Shown piece after piece: positions 1-14,264 of a stretch of DNA of 64,000 nt. Made by a program: the position numbers and the translations under genes. Each line of letters begins with the position of its first letter. Positions within the stretch are counted from its first letter, which is position 1. The notes under the pieces were generated by a model, which worked only from the letters and a program-made list of their open reading frames with translations, was not told the origin of the DNA and ran no database searches. Source of the stretch: Camelus dromedarius (Eukaryota); NCBI RefSeq assembly GCF_036321535.1, contig NC_087436.1, positions 9,610,001 through 9,674,000 on the forward strand, given 5' to 3'.

Positions 1-543
1 ATTCACATTATAAACCCCAGCCTCAGAAATTCTCTGAGATGCCTAAGACAACACTATTTTTAAAGGCAGAATTACATAATCTTTCTCTAGGGATATATGT
101 AAAGTGCATTAAATTAGGTTACATAAAAGCTGAGATTTTTCTGATTTTTCCGTGTAATAGTTCTACGACCTTATGCCTCTCTGAGCCTCAATCCTTGCAG
201 CTAAAAATAAGCACTACAATTCTTAAAACTTTGAATTGCAAATGAGAAAAAAAGCAGGAAAAGGGCTCTGACAACCAGAGAGTAGGGAAGAGCAGTATGT
301 GATGGGGCGACAGGGCACGTCCATCTGCTGTGAGTTATTACAATAAGTAACGTGTGAAATACCGCGCACACATTGTGAGAGTGTTGTTGGCAATTGATAA
401 ATATTTGTTAAAAACCCAAAGTGTGAATGTTTGTAGTAGGTATGGTACTTTGTGTTTATAAATGTGCTTTCTGCTTTGCATTTTCATGTAAATGGACTGG
501 TTAGCCTCAGGGAGCCACTTGCCCCAGGGCTGTGGGCAGGTGC

Positions 544-761
544 TGTTAAATCCATCAGCCAGCTAGGCTTCTTGAATAAAGCAACCCATTAAGCCAATCA
601 GATAACTTCCTTGCTTTGCTTCCTGGTCAATTGTACAAAAGCCTTTTCCTCATCTCCTGCTGATGGAGAGCTCCTAGCCATTTTCTGTTACCCGATTCAA
701 ATTCATGTCTGCTCAAATAAATTATTCAAAATTGTAATGCACGTTAGTTCAACTTTTAACA
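544..761 (+). mobile_element. Short, internally deleted ERV1-like solo LTR, apparently nested in an older LTR remnant (about 487-958)
   Basis: TGTTAAA...TTTAACA inverted termini, CCAAT and AATAAA motifs, flanks GTGC/GTGT as a possible 4-bp TSD. Downstream sequence has another AATAAA and ends in TAACA. Confidence 0.5.
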
Positions 762-2659
762 GTGTGGAAATTCACTTCAGAGCATGAGATTCCCTTCTCT
801 ATCGTCTGCTCATTGAATAAAAGCATGTCTTGTTTGCACCAAACTCAGCTTCAACACTGGCAGGACGAACCTGAGTGGGAAAGCGCTCCCTGACTGATCA
901 GGAGGCTTTGGTTCAGCCAAGACCCCAGGAGGGTGACCTCGCATCTAATTCAGTAACACTTTTACAAACTTTTCAAAATAGCTTTGGAAGTGATATTGAA
1001 GTTATTTCTTTCACTTGAATTCCTCTTTGCCTTGTATGTTTAGAGTACGGATTGTTTCATTGGTCATTAAGTTCATTTCTTGTTTTCTAGTTGGCAACAA
1101 CTGCCAGTGGTTTCCAATCCCATGAAATTTCTGGAGCAACCACTATGCTTCAGTTATGACCTTCATTACCATTTACCATACACATGCAAATTTAAAAATG
1201 GGATATAACAAGTGACTGGGTGTGATTCACACAATGCAGTGGTGTGATTATTGTAAATATTACTTCTGGGTTCCCACACGCTCACAAGGACACAGGACTC
1301 CTTCTCATATTGACTCACACCGTTCCGTGCATCTTAGCTCTTTGACTGATGTCTTAACAAAGCTTGCTGGGAGCACGCACGTTATACATAAGGATGATGA
1401 GGGGAATGATAAGGAAGCAAAGAAAGACAAGGAAGAGGAAGGGCAGCTTTGAGTAACCCTTGGCCTTTGTTTTTCAGTTTTATTAGGTAGAATGATTACA
1501 GTTTGACTGCACACCCACATTATATTGCATTTAAATACATATACACAACATGATGCGCATATTTTTTTTAGTTTACGTATATGTACTGATTATTGTTTCT
1601 AATAAGAGATTAGAGCTTTAGCTTTTTAAACTTACATAGGTATCAAAGGAATAAAGCCAACCACAAAATAAGAATCAACAGAATGTGGTGATTCAATCCT
1701 AAAGGACAGTCGGATGTGCTTACACATATTCAAGAAATCCTTGTAGGTTCACTTAGATTGGAGAGCACATATGGCAACTTAGAGTTCTCTAGAAAAAAAA
1801 TGTGCCTAAGAATAGATGTTAAAATGTTAATGCTTTATTTGTGGATTATAAATCCAATGCAGTGGAAGTGAGGGGCAAAGGAAGCGAGGCCAGGAAGAAT
1901 GAAAATCCAAGAGATCTGATGCGTTACTTCTCTGGTTACTCTTTCACAAATGACTTTCCTGATGTGTGATAGGTGACTCTGCCTTGCATGCATTCAGTCT
2001 GGAGTGCTGCAATAGAAGGGCTGCAAAAACACCTACACTTTGATGGGGGAAAAGGGGAAGGCGACTTACCCATTTGTACCCTTATGTGTTTCATTTCTTA
2101 CTGGACAAGATTCACCCCATGAGAGACTCAAGTCATTTAGCTACCTAACCACTCCAGACACCATGTTCCACAAACTCCAGTTTGGTATTTTATGCAAGTC
2201 TCACATTGGAAGTCTGAGTCTACAAGGGACTGATGCACCAAAGAGAAAGTGAAGGAATCGGGAAGGGTGCATGAGCTTTTTGTCAAATAGAGATGTGTTC
2301 TTCCACCCTGCAGGGAGCGAGGTAGGAAGACATGCGTGTATTTGACTTTGTACAGAAAATGCGTTAGTCACACTTTATGGGGCGAGATTATGTCTTGAAA
2401 TGTTACTTTTCTTGTGCATTTCTTTCCTGATTTTCTCTCACAGACACCCCAATGGCTGTTTTGTTTGTTTGTTTGTTTTGGCTTGGTTTGGTTTTTTGAC
2501 CGTGGAACTCTTCAAAGCAAAAAACAAAGATTCAGAGATAATAAGGGAAATATTCATCCAAATGCCAGGAAAGAAAGAACCTTGGAACTATACAAGCTAA
2601 TAAAGCTCTTTTTTTCTTCTTTTTTTTTTTCTTTTTCTTTTTTTCCTTTTTCCAGAGAC

Positions 2660-3000
2660 TCCCAGCTCAGGAACTGTGCAACCTAACAAGGTAGGCTGCC
2701 ACCTTCACAGATGCTGGCGGAAGATGTAAAACTGCGGATGGCCATGCACGTAGCATCAACTTCATGTCTGTATCCGTTGTCTTTGCACCTGCCCCAGAGG
2801 CCCTGCGGAGCTGAGACAAGAGCCCAGGTAGAGGCTGCTCACACCGTGGGTTAGCATCACGGGGGAGGAAACCCCCCTCAACTTACGCAGGGGTAGCCAC
2901 AGAAGACATGAGCTTTATTATCTTGGCCAGGAGCTAAATCTGCCCTCTGAGCAGAAGAAAGACACTATCTTCCAAAGCTAACAGATGTGCTAACATATTT
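2660..3000 (-). mobile_element. LTR40-like (ERVL) solo LTR fragment
   Basis: Reverse complement reads TCTTCCGCCAGCATCTGTGAAGGTGGCAGCCTACCTTGTTAGGTTGC and is homologous to the copies at 32098 and 49165. Confidence 0.65.
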
Positions 3001-4129
3001 GGGGGAAAAAGAAAGGTCCATAACAAAGTGAACAAAGCTGCCAGTGAAATGCACCTTGCTCAGAAGATGTGAAGAAACAGTAGAGCCATGGTGGACTGTC
3101 TCCCAACAAAGGGCAGCAAGTTTAATTTGGAAGAAAAGCCCATTTGACCACAAATGTTCTCCAGATCAGCTTTTTTTTCTTTCTTAGTTATAATGCAAAT
3201 ATTTAATCTGCCATAATACCTATGTTTATCCCTCAACTGTACCGAAAATTAGAGAAAGTAAAGGGGTTATTATCTTGCTTTCAAACTCTACAAAATATTA
3301 TCACTCTGTAAATCAGATAAAAAATTGGTAAGTTTGTATTTTTCTGGAAAATGGTAAATGGTGGGGGGTTTTCAAATAAGCCACCAGCTAAATCTTGCAT
3401 AGATATGAAAAAAAAAATAGCTTGTACGAGAAAAAAGCCATGTTCTGAGCATTGTCTTTCTAAAATTAGGGACTCCCTTAGATAAGAAAATAAATGACAA
3501 CTTTATCCAGAAATTAAAAAAATAAAAAACTCCCTCTACGTTAGTTTTATTATCTTGGGCTTTGACTAAATCTTTATGTGTTACCATTTAATTTGCAGAA
3601 ATAGAGGAACGTTTGTGCGAGGGCAAATTCTGTTTAAAGGAAACGCAGTCCCTGCACCTCAGACACCGCCATCCAGTGCTCAGGGGACTGGGGGACCAAG
3701 CACTGCTGTCCCTGCCGCTGGCACATGAGTGCAGTGGCCACCGATCTGTCATTCCTTTTATCATAAAGTGTGGACACTGGCCCAGTGCAAACGTGTCCCA
3801 TGGGCTTCAGGTTTCCTTTGACCTCTGTGACCTCAACATCACTTGTTCTTCACTGTCATCCATGAATTCATCCTCCAAATGGATGTCTGGTGATTTCATT
3901 CTTTATCCCCAACCCCTCCTCAGAGACTACACATGGGAAAAGCTTTATATGGGTATTTACATGAAGGTGTAAGTGACTGACAGGCTTTACCGGCCAACCC
4001 CACATTGGCGCCTTTGCATTTAGACAGATGGGAAATGTAAACCCAGGATCAGTCAACAGATAGCACAGGTTTACCGGAGAAAACTAAGAACTGACTCGTA
4101 CCAAGTTCTTCATCTGATCTGTATTATTC

Positions 4130-4335
4130 TAAGTCCTTGGCATATATTAGCTGCGCTAACTCCTGCCACCCTCACGACACTCCTGTGAGGGAGGTACTCA
4201 TAGCTGTTCACATCGTCAAGAACGTATGATGCACGTACAAGATTCAAGGCCTGGAGACGTTAAGTCATTTGTTGCAGGTTCTTTCCACAGCTAGTTAATG
4301 TCTGCGTGAGAACTTGAATCCACTTTGCCTAGCAT
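4130..4335 (-). mobile_element. MIR SINE relic
   Basis: MIR core-like segments (cctcacgacactcctgtgagggaggtact; gttaagtcatttgttgcagg...cacagctagttaatg...gaacttgaatcc). Confidence 0.55.
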
Positions 4336-5327
4336 CTGTATACCAAATAACTAGAGAACACTGACTCTGAGGAGGCAAGAGGAAGAAAACAAACTTTTTC
4401 TGGCTTCCCCAGAAATCATATCGTGTAAGCATCACATTATCTGTCTACTTCCGGTGCTCGCCAAACCCGCCTTGTGGGAGTAACCTGAGTGTTTCTGCGT
4501 TCTTATCAGGGAATTTAGGAACCCTGTCTTCACATCCTTTGCATATGATTATTATTATTTATGTATTATATTGACCATCACCGAGCAGAATTGACAAGCA
4601 CCGGGGTTTCAGCACACAGTCCTGCAGTAAGACTCTCCTACCATATTAATGTTGACTAAATTTACCTTGAAAGTAATTGGATACAATCATGAATTATGAA
4701 AGGCATTTACGGACTGAAAGTCATTTCAGTTCTCGATGTCAGTGCTCCCCTTCGGAATTCATTCTCCTACTTTCTCAAAAAATAGTTCTCATCACGTAGC
4801 GGTGCTTGGTGCAGAATGGAAGGTTGTTCTAAAAATCAGCAGTTGAAAGGCCCCCCCAAAGAATGCACAGCAGTGCATTTCTATCACACTTATTTTCTAA
4901 AAAAATCTGACAATACATATTTCTGAAATAAAATATTCACTAACTGAGTGAGCAGCTCTTAGAATGTTCCAACACTGGGTTTTTTTAGGGAAAAAATATT
5001 ATGAAAATAATTTAACTGTGTATAAATGATGCAAGCTGTATTTAAAATTTTGACTCGAAACCTGTGTACATAATCTTTCACTGTTCTCCAGCTAGAAGTG
5101 AAGGCACTGGAAAAGTGATAATTATGTAAATACGGGAAAAGCTAATATTGTGTAACTAGAAACCAATCTCTAATACTTTAGTTCGCAGAGATAGAGCTGG
5201 AGAGTATTACTTCTTCACTAAAATAACTGAGGGGCTTGCGTGATGATAATTGTTCATAATAACTATTCTGGCATTTCCTTCTTTGTGGAGATATATATAT
5301 AGTCAAAATTTTTGTGTAAGTATTAGA

Positions 5328-5500
5328 CCAAGGGCCCTAACTCCAGCTAACAATCAGAATCATTCTCAAGTTGTTTTAAAATACAGAATCTCAGGATCTG
5401 TTCCACTCATGCTGGGTCAGAATTCAATTATGAGGCCCAGAAAATGTGAATATATAAGAACCCCCTGCAGGAGAGTCTGTTGATCAGTGGAATGGGAAGT
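5328..5500. mobile_element. MER5-like hAT-Charlie non-autonomous DNA transposon relic
   Basis: atcagaatca...ttttaaaatacagaatctcagg...tcagaattc...ggcccagaaaatgtg resembles MER5A/B. Confidence 0.5.
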
Positions 5501-6233
5501 CTCTCTGTAACTAGGCTGATACACTTAAGAGGAATTGTTTAAACCCATTCATGTTTACACTTCAATTATAAGAAATATACATTTACCATTTCATGGTTGT
5601 TTCCTAAAAAGATATCCAAAGTTTGCCACTATGGTGGCAAATATAATTATAAGAGGCCTTGAAATGCACTCATTTTTATTCAGTTTAAGCACATCATAAT
5701 TTACCGACAGGCAGAATTAGGGAGATGCCAATTTAAACTAGTAAGATACTTTGGTAGTAAAATTATACACATAGATCACACCTAATGGACCTATTGGAAG
5801 TCCTTCAATATCTTTCTGATATTTGCCCATATCCAGTTTTTGGTGCTTAAATACTTGGGGAAAAATTAATTTTTACAGGAACATATTATCATAGAAATTT
5901 GAACTTAAAAATGAAAATGTGGCAGACCTTGGGAGCAGACCTGCCTAAAACTAGTTAACAGACATGTTAATATTCAATGAGATTGGCACCACACGGGAAA
6001 TGATCTTTTGTAGTTTGGTAGATATACTTTCACAGGTGGATAGATACATCATAAGAAATAAAATATATTTTTTTGGCAGTTTTTTTGGATTTTTGTTTTT
6101 TAAGCATGGAAAGAGACTACTATTTCTTAATTTCAGATCACTATTTTTCAACTGAGGACCCAATGTAGCAGACTTGCATTTCAGGTCTATATAGTACCAA
6201 AATATCTATAAAAGCAGCACATTCTTAATCACT

Positions 6234-6495
6234 ATGGAAATAATCTAAATGTCCATCGACAGATGACTGGATAAAGAAGCTGTGGTATATTTATACAGTG
6301 GAATACTATTCAGCCATAAAAAACATAATGCCATTTGCAGCAACAAGGATGTCCCTGGAGAATGTCATTCTAAGTGAAGTGGGCCAAAAAGAGAAAGAAA
6401 AATACCATATGATATCACTTGTATGTGGAATCTTAAAAAAAATGAGACAAGAGAACTTATTTATGAAACAGAAACAAACTCACAGACATAAAATA
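6234..6495 (+). mobile_element. L1 fragment (ORF2 C-terminus to 3'UTR), truncated at both ends
   Basis: aaatgtccatcgacagatgactggataaagaagctgtggtatatt...gccatttgcagcaac. The ORF track gives MEYYSAIKNIMPFAATRMSLENVILSEV, the L1 ORF2p C-terminus. No poly(A) tail. Confidence 0.9.
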
Positions 6496-6729
6496 TTTAT
6501 TCTGATGGAAAATGTATGTGAAATTTGATGAGGAATATATAATTCTTATCATAGGTGCAATTTATCCAGATGTCTGGCTAGAAGATAATAAGACTGCATC
6601 TTATCAAGAACTATGTTAGCAGTCTCATTTTTATAGTCACATTCATTTGTACTTAGGTATGTTAGCTTTACTCACAAATAATAAATACAAAATGATACTT
6701 CATTCATTCTATCACTACAAAAAGAAAGA

Positions 6730-7070
6730 AAAAGGAAAAGCTATACTGAGTATCGTAGGTACGAAGAGGGTGTTAATTGCAGCACATGGAACGTCCTGCC
6801 TTCAGGAATGTCCCATCTAATGAGGAAACCAGTAATTGCCAAGGAATTATAAGTGCTACACAGGAAAAGAATTGCTATGAAGGTATCACTGGGGAGTAGA
6901 AAGAGCTGTAAGAAAGTTCTAGAACTTCTCCACAGTGAATGATATTCAAACTAATACACAGAGACTAGAGGCACAGGTGTCAGCCAACTCATACAGGGGA
7001 GAAGCAGAGCAGACAGAGGAAACAACACGTGGGAAGCCCGAGACATGGAAAGAATTAAATGGAGACTGCA
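6730..7070 (-). mobile_element. L2 LINE 3' relic
   Basis: Typical antisense L2 segments (gtcctgccttcaggaatgtcccatctaatgagg; agagcagacagaggaaacaacacgtgggaagccc). Confidence 0.5.
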
Positions 7071-10000
7071 AACGACATGATCCATCTCCAGCATAATGGC
7101 CAAATAATCTCACACCTTTCTAGTGTCCTTTCCTATTTTCCCTCTCACTCTCCCCTCCTCATTCCTGCTCAGTTTGGCCCCTTCCATGTAAACCTCTGTC
7201 TCAGGCTCTGCTTTTAGGGGAGACCAGATTTTAAGGCATATTATCAAAGCCTGGAATAAAATTTTGAGCAGTGTTCTGCAGGCACAGCCATTTAACGTGG
7301 AGCCTTTCAGAGCATCCGTACTACAAAAGCATCGTAACTATCTTCTGTTCACCATGTCAGTGAGTTTTTGCAATATCCATGACCGTGGTAACAAAAATGA
7401 GAAGAAGGATGCAAAATGGAGAATTTAAGTTCTACAGTTATTGAGACATACTTTGTATAACTACCAGAGATTAAGACAGGACTCTAATGAGTATATCAAA
7501 TGCACCATTAAGAAGTGATTCAGGCAATGCTGCCTACGTACATGTGCCAGTCAAGAAGCAGAACCGGTATTTTTTAATGAAGAAAACCCAAATTGGACCA
7601 ATATTCACCTGCCATTCTAGCCAATATTGGTTAGATGCTTTGAGAGAACCCAAGTTCATAATGCTCTAATATTATTAAACTTTATGTTGATATCCTTTAA
7701 TGATTTCCTTAATTTTTTTCAAGGTCAAATAGAGAGGGTTTATCACCAGAAATAAAATCTTTGCTTATGACCTGACCAAGTGCACACACACACACACGAG
7801 ATAAGTTGCAAAATGGTTTCTTGTTTATTCCCGCTGATACCTGTCAGTCCCTCTTAGACGATGTTAGGGAAAACTTTTTCTGATAGCCCCTCTTTCCTCC
7901 ATCCCTCCCCAGTTTCCCTGGATCTCATGCCCCACAGCGGCACAACGCAAAGACTGTCTCCATCCTGCTCTCAGCCCCTGGGTAGTGTGTCCATCCAGAG
8001 ATGGAATCAGTTACTCCAGGATGGAGATTGATATTGTGAGGAAATGTTAAGTTCTTCAAGGTCAGGTCCATGGAAGGAGTCAATGAGAAAAGTAGCTTGC
8101 AAGTGACAGATATGAGAAACAAAGATGAAGTGCTTACTAATATTGTCTGCCTGTCTTATAAGAAAATGCTTTTACCATCCTAGCTTGCAATAGCTGTTGT
8201 GCTGGAGTATGAGTGAATGAGTACCCAGATATTAGATGAGAAAGAAGATAAATAAAATCCCATCCCAGTAAAATTTCCCCCACGTGAAACTCTTTGGATG
8301 CTTACCAAAAGCATTAGCCTCGTTAAAGTAGAGAGAGGCTCTGGAGATGACCCCTGATTTATCTAGACCATCTTTATGGGGTACATCTGCTCACTGTAGA
8401 TCATTGAGGTTTTAGGTGAGTCTCCTGGTGGCCTCGCTTTGTAATTGACACTGATCCTTCATTCCATTATCCAAAATTTACCTCCCCCTGCAATTATCAG
8501 TCATCTGTATCATTTTCCATGCTTTAATTCTGAAATATTACCAAGCCCTTAAGTTTCAAACGCTGGTGTCTCAAATAAAATTCTGAGGAGGGTACTTCCC
8601 TATATGGTCTTATTTACTATCCAGAGCCCACATGTTTATTTCGAGAAGAGAACACCAGTTCTCTTTTCTATCCCCGCTTTACTGAGAGCTTTGCATAGAT
8701 TTGGGGGCAAAAAAAAGAAAATCACTTATAAGAAAGAGTCTAGCCCTCCAAAAGTTTATCTTTGTAAAGTTGGTTGGACAGGGCCAGAGATCAAGAAATC
8801 TTTTCTGGAAACTGGGTTCACTGTATCTCCTCGAGAACAAGGAGAACAGTGGAGGGGATGTGGAGGAAGATAATTCATTTAGCAGCATGGAGACAGTTGC
8901 AGCCACAGTAGAAGAAAGATGACTTGCCCTGAAGGACATCGGAGGGAGAGATTCAGGGCGTGGAGATAGCAACTATGGTAACGCATGGGGGTGCATCACA
9001 ATATGAAAAACAGAAAGGTGTGTAGGCTGAACGTCTACATGGGATTAGCTGGCCCTTACTCAGTTCACAGGCATGTAACCTGACCCACCGTAACCAATGG
9101 ACAGAACTGTGCCTGGGGATATAGGATCTAGTAAAGTGCAATACAGGCACTCAGAACTTGTAGCCCTCGACTGTGAAGAGAATGAAGGTGACATAAAGTT
9201 TTGAACTAGGAAATAATTGCTACCAGCATAAAGAAAAGATGGTCAAGTCATAAGCCCCCATCACTATTGCATCAGGAAACAGGTAAAATCAGCCGTCTTG
9301 GGGAACCTCTACTTCAATGGAGAGATTCTAGGTTAAAAATAATAATAATAAAAACTGAAGGAAGGAAGGGAGGGAGAGAGGAAGGGAAAGAGGGAAGGAT
9401 AGAAGAAATTGTGATTTTTTTTTAATTAAAGAGCTCGTCCTCAACAACCTAATGTCCCTTCCTTACCCTTGATTGTACAGAGTGAGCAGCATCCTTGCTT
9501 GTCACTTGAGGGTTGTCATGCGCTGTTAACTACTTCCTGTATCTCCCCAATGCTTTGGAGGTCCTTGGCTGCCGCTCACTGCAATAATTGTACCTAGAGT
9601 TGAACATTGCAGCCAGCCCTCTACTGGGGAGATTTCCAACAACCTCCCTGCCATTTGTAAACCCCAGCTTTCCACAGCATCTTCTTCTGTCAGCTCCATC
9701 GTGCCTCTTCTCAGGGCTAACTCATCATGGCTTTGGAAAAGGGTGTATCTCCCAGGAAGGAGGGTGAAGTATAGTTTTTGGGAATTGTTCAGCTTTACAC
9801 TTAAATGCACTCTAATACACACCTATCAACCTGCCCTCCGCTGTTTGCCTTTAATCCCTCCTTCCACAGTCTCTCATACCACATTTAGCATTTTTTTCCT
9901 TACTTAGTATACAGATCATGATTTTTCCACCCTTATGGGATATCCTAGACTGCCTGCATCATTTTACAGGGCCCTTGCTGGGATATTAAATCCCACGAGA

Positions 10001-13000
10001 CGTTTGCATCATCTTCAAGCAATGACAGAGCCCCAGTCCTCTCTGCAGGAAAGTTGGCTACTTCTACGGGCTCACAGAGTTCGGGGAAAACCAAAGACTC
10101 ACGAAATCTGACCCATCAGTACCTGCATTAGCACCATTCTTTCCAAGCAGGGCCCTAACCTTTACATGACTGGCCAGCCTTGACTGAGAGTGTGACCTTC
10201 ATTGGAGCTTTTTCTATTTTTTCTGCTGCAGGTGATAAATACCCCTCATATGCCACCAAGGAGGCCTTTAAATTTTATACTTGGCTTCTCATTGGCAATT
10301 GTCTCTGCTCTTATTTACTTTTTTATCAGAGCATCACTTGAGCAGAGTCATAACCACCCAATTCCATTGTCTTTACAATTACTGCTTTCCTCTGATACAG
10401 AGTCCAGTTTTGCTCCATGGAAAGTCTATTCACAGCACCCAGTCTGTCTAACACGGAGTAAAGCACATGTGTTGACACCACCCTCTTTTCCTGACTCATT
10501 CCAACTCATCCTTTAGCTCTGCCATAAACGCCAGCTCCTCAAGGAAGGATGTCGGGTACCACTCAGCCTTCCTCCCCCAGGAGGAGCTGCAAATCCTTTG
10601 CCACAGAACCCCACACACCACATGGGAGCTGCCTACCTGCTCACCTCTCCCCCACACTCTGATATAAGCAGCTGGAGGTGCGGCCCCTCCTCCGCCTTTC
10701 CCACTGCTGGTTGGAACTGTTGCCTGGAGCCCAGCACCAGGGACCTCCTAGCTAACCAGTCCACATTTGTTTGCAGCGTAAATCAGTTAACACTGTTTGA
10801 TACTCTGGCTTTTTACTATCTATATGTCCCTTGATTAAGTGCGCTATCCTCATCAAGGAAATAAATGGAAGGAGTGAGTTAACCATCAATAAATTATTCA
10901 TTAGATTCAGTGGTGAGTCTCTTTATGCCTCTGTCATGTGACTAGAGCTACGTGCTACTTTTTAGAGCTAGCGATATATTGCACGTAAACGTCATCTGTC
11001 ATTATTTCATTAAGTTTGCAGACTTTCAATTTAGAATCTATCAGCATCGTCACCGTTGTTTAAAAATGTACTGCTAAATGCATTCTCTAAAATGGTCCTC
11101 TGACAAACTCACTGTCTTACTCATCTTCTCTGCCAGTCCAATGAGTCACATAATATTTCCTTTCAAAACCTTCCATCTCATTTTTACTACCTGAATTCTG
11201 AAATAACTAACATTACTTATGGATATGGAAACATAGTGAAAATGAGTTGAAAGTTAATATGAACCGAGTCTATTTTATAAGGTCAGTCATTTAGAATGAA
11301 ATCTTCACAGTATTATGTCAATAACAATTATTTCATCTTCTTATTTAATATAGTTGTTTTCTCTCTATATATACACATATATAATATATGTATAACACAT
11401 ATATTTACTGTGTATACACGCACACACACGGGCATAATCAAGTATTCAAAATAAAAATACAAATTTCTAATTTTTCTTTCTTTTAACATCCGCTCTGAAA
11501 AACTATAAATTTCATCGTGACATACCTCTTTATAAACACCAAACCTATAATTGATTTGTGGAAAGAATATCTATTCTCGTGCTGTTTTTTGCAACCCTCA
11601 GCTGTAAATTTCGGTGCTCACTCTTCTGTCATTCATCAGGTCAGTTCACCGTATAACGGCTGGCTTCTGGAATCCCGCAGAGAATTTCAAAGGTCATCTC
11701 ATCTGAAATAGGATCACTTTCCAGAACTTCTTAGTTACAGATGCAGCCAACCACTTAGAGCTGCTTACAGATTATGCTTTAGATTTGCTGGTGATGAAAT
11801 TGCCCAAGGAACTGGAACAAAACATAATGTCAAAAGCAGATCTAAATATATTGGATAAGTGCAAATTAAATCCTAATTTACTCCGTAGACCATTGATTTG
11901 TTCCAGTAATGGAAGCCACCCCATTATCATGCTTCGCTGTTGGCCCAAAGGGCATGCTGACCTCTATGACTTGGTTTTCCTATCCTGTCAATTAAAACTT
12001 TTTTAGCCAATATTTAATAAAATTTTCAGTGAGGAATGGAAGTATAAGTTTTAGCTTTTATTTCCCCATGAAATGGAATTACACAATCTAGTGCAGTTTA
12101 ATTTGCTTGTTTTTTAGGCTTATCAATGATACATTTAAAATAAAAAAAAATTAACGTGTGCGGGCTCTCCTGCGCGTCATGTAAGGCTGTAATTATTCGG
12201 TACGTCTTCCACACTCACCTAAATGAGCCACAAGGGTGCAACTGGCAGCACTATTGGAAATTGTTCCAAAAGGTCAAAGATAATATTTTCAACGGAACAA
12301 CTAAGTCATTTTTGAAAGCATTAATGATTAATAATTTGACTATATAATACACTTATAGAGTGGCTACATCACGTATATCACTGACACAGAGTAGTGGTGT
12401 CACAGATTTGGGGTTTATTTTTACTATTTCTGACATGGCCATAGTGTCATTTGACCCACCTTAGGATGCCAAAAGTCTGAGTCGGTAACGGAACTCTCTG
12501 AAATTTAAAGCCAAAGACTGCTTTATCTCAGGAAGAGAAAATAATGTTTTAGAGGCTATATTAAGATGAAAGTAAAATTAGCAGTGAAATTACACACACT
12601 TAGTGATGCATAAATTAACAAAAACCTGTTCTCACATACATTGACCTTCCTAAAATTTACCATCTGAAACAGACATAGTCTTATTTATCATAAATTAACC
12701 TCCAGATTTAAAACCTCTATTTTGGGATGATTCCCACATTTAGGTGAGTAGAATTGGAAATCGAGGAACTCCTTAATTGGAAGTTACCCATTTTGGTGTT
12801 TTATAGTGGTGAATTCTGGGAATAATGTGCATAAACCACATATAACAGAAGTCTTTCTACTTGCTGTGTAAGATCAAACGCCAGGTTACTGAGAATTCCT
12901 GTGTATTAAAACTGTTGACTCTAGAACTTTTGGGTCTCCCTTGTGTCCCTGACTTTTGAACTAGCTTATAGGTGCCAAGACATTAGTACCTCTTAGCAAA

Positions 13001-14264
13001 AGTCCTTATCAAACTCCAGACAATATCTCTATAGTGTAATAAAAGCAATTGCTTGTAGCTTTTCTCACCTTGATTTTTATTCAGACAGTGAGGAGTAAAA
13101 AAAGACTTGGAAGATTTTTCTGATGACAGAAAAGCCTTTAGAGTCAAAGGCTAACATTCATATACATGGGACTCAGAAAAAAATAAATCAATCAGACCAA
13201 AGAGATTTATTGGCCAGAATTTTGTTAGCACATGTCAAATTGGATTTTAAATCATCGTATCAAAAATGCACAGCTAGGTCCCTCGCCCACAACGACCCTC
13301 ACAATGAAAACAGTTTCACTCTGCTAACATTTCTATCAAATCTAGGGACATGGAGTTTTCTAATTTACATAATTATGGATGTAAAATCTCATGCACTTAA
13401 ATAACTTTAACATTTCAAATGGATTTGACTTTCACTTTTTAAAATAAAGTGAGATGAACTAAGAATTTATATTAAAATTAAATATTCACCGCCATTGAAA
13501 ATGATGGAAAAAAATAAATAGCTGCCCGTGAAGTAAGAAATACCTTTTTTTTTTTTTTGAAATTGAATGCTGTAATGGGATAGTGTGACTAACAATTTGT
13601 AAACTTCACGCAGGCCACTGAGACGCAGTGCCCAGCTTGTATCTGGAAACTCCCAGTGCTTTCTCTCCAAATCTCTCCAGAAGTTCTCGCAAATCTTCAC
13701 TGATAACAGCTACGTATGATGCCCATCTCTCAGCACAGGACTATTTTTTCCTGACTTCTGTGAGAAAATATAATCCATCAGATTTGAAATCTCACACCTT
13801 TCTCTTAGCATCATTCCAATCTGACTTCATCACCTTCTCTTTCCATCTGAGTTTTTAATCTCATGACGGCAGTCACTCTGTGTACTTGATTTCAGTATCT
13901 TCCGCTTCTGCAGGGGACTTACTCCATGAACTACTTCTCTTCCCTCTGTATTATCCTCATCATCTTCCCCCATATTTGTTCCCTAACTCAGTATACAAAT
14001 GTGCTCAGGTGTTAATCTGGGTGTTAAAAAAAATAGCTCTTCTTATTCCTGCATCTTCTGACATCTAGTCCTATTTGTGCATCTTCCATTCACGGTCATG
14101 TTTCCACGTGAACTAATTCATATAGTTTATATTCTTTGCTCACACTTCCTAGTCTCCCCCTTCGTACCGGGAAGTTTTGCTCTTGGTCTTTCATTTAAAC
14201 TTTGTTTAAATCGTGAAATCATTTTTTTCCTGTAATATCCCTGCTTTTAACAATCCACCATCTC

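Noticed and set aside
1222..1452. Acidic C-terminal coding exon (KDDEGNDKEAKKDKEEEGQL)
   Set aside because: Explained by a purine-rich stretch; no good splice acceptor or recognisable protein.
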